64,000 nucleotides of DNA from a virus, in the IMG/VR virus record IMGVR_UViG_3300037141_000314, positions 3,456 to 67,455 of that record; one strand, written 5' to 3'. The number at the start of each line of letters is the position of its first letter. Within the stretch, counting starts at the first letter, position 1. This document shows, piece by piece, positions 63,713-64,000 of this stretch. Below the pieces are notes generated by a model. The model did not search any database. It was not told the origin of the DNA and saw only the letters and a list, made by a program, of their open reading frames with translations. The position numbers and the translations under genes are program-made.

Positions 63713-64000
63713 CCCGCCTCCCGCTCCCATACGTCTTCCGGTAGTAGGCGCGGTCCTCGCGATGGCGGCGGCGGTCGGCGCGCGCGCGTAACGCGATTTT
63801 GCACGCAAAGGCGCCAAGGATCGCGAGCGCGAGGTAAACGAGGAATTCGGGAAAATTGTCGGGCACTGCACATACTCCCTTCAGAAAATCACCTGGGAAA
63901 AGTGCGAGTGCGACAACGCTACCTTCGGTCGAACCATGCGAACGGCGCGTTTCCATAACCGCGCGTCGTCAGGCAGCGGCTGCGTCCGCAACCCGAAGAT

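Noticed and set aside
1-64000. CRISPR array or diversity-generating retroelement
   Set aside because: No regularly spaced repeat-spacer array, no reverse transcriptase, and no repeat pair differing only at adenines was seen.

Overview
The whole 64 kb window is tailed-phage or prophage DNA with high GC and a siphovirus-like layout. No integrase of the usual type, host housekeeping gene, CRISPR array or reverse transcriptase is visible. An Acidobacteriota-like host is only an inference from the style of the secreted proteins. Layout: (i) 1-7.0 kb, minus-strand early/accessory genes including a small serine recombinase and two putative anti-defence genes; (ii) a four-operator switch at ~7.1 kb followed by small plus-strand genes; (iii) a ~40 kb minus-strand late region (49.6 to 9.2 kb) encoding a NusG paralogue, lipase/endolysin module, ParB-methyltransferase, TerS/TerL, portal, scaffold, capsid, fibres, tail tube, frameshifted tail chaperone, tape measure, tail tip and tailspike; (iv) 49.7-64 kb, regulators, a FliA-like sigma factor and a replication initiator. 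The most notable signals are: a phage sigma-28-like factor with four copies of a candidate cognate promoter (TTTGCACG-N14/15-GCCGATWW), each exactly 6 nt before an NTG codon and one inside the sigma gene itself; fibre and tailspike proteins carrying Sec signal peptides; antisense Tat-tagged mini-proteins that echo a tail-tip motif; a perfectly palindromic divergent promoter linking an HNH nuclease to an RHH repressor; and an Acb2/Tad1-like gene that appears internally inverted. All family assignments come from motif recognition by eye, not from database searches.
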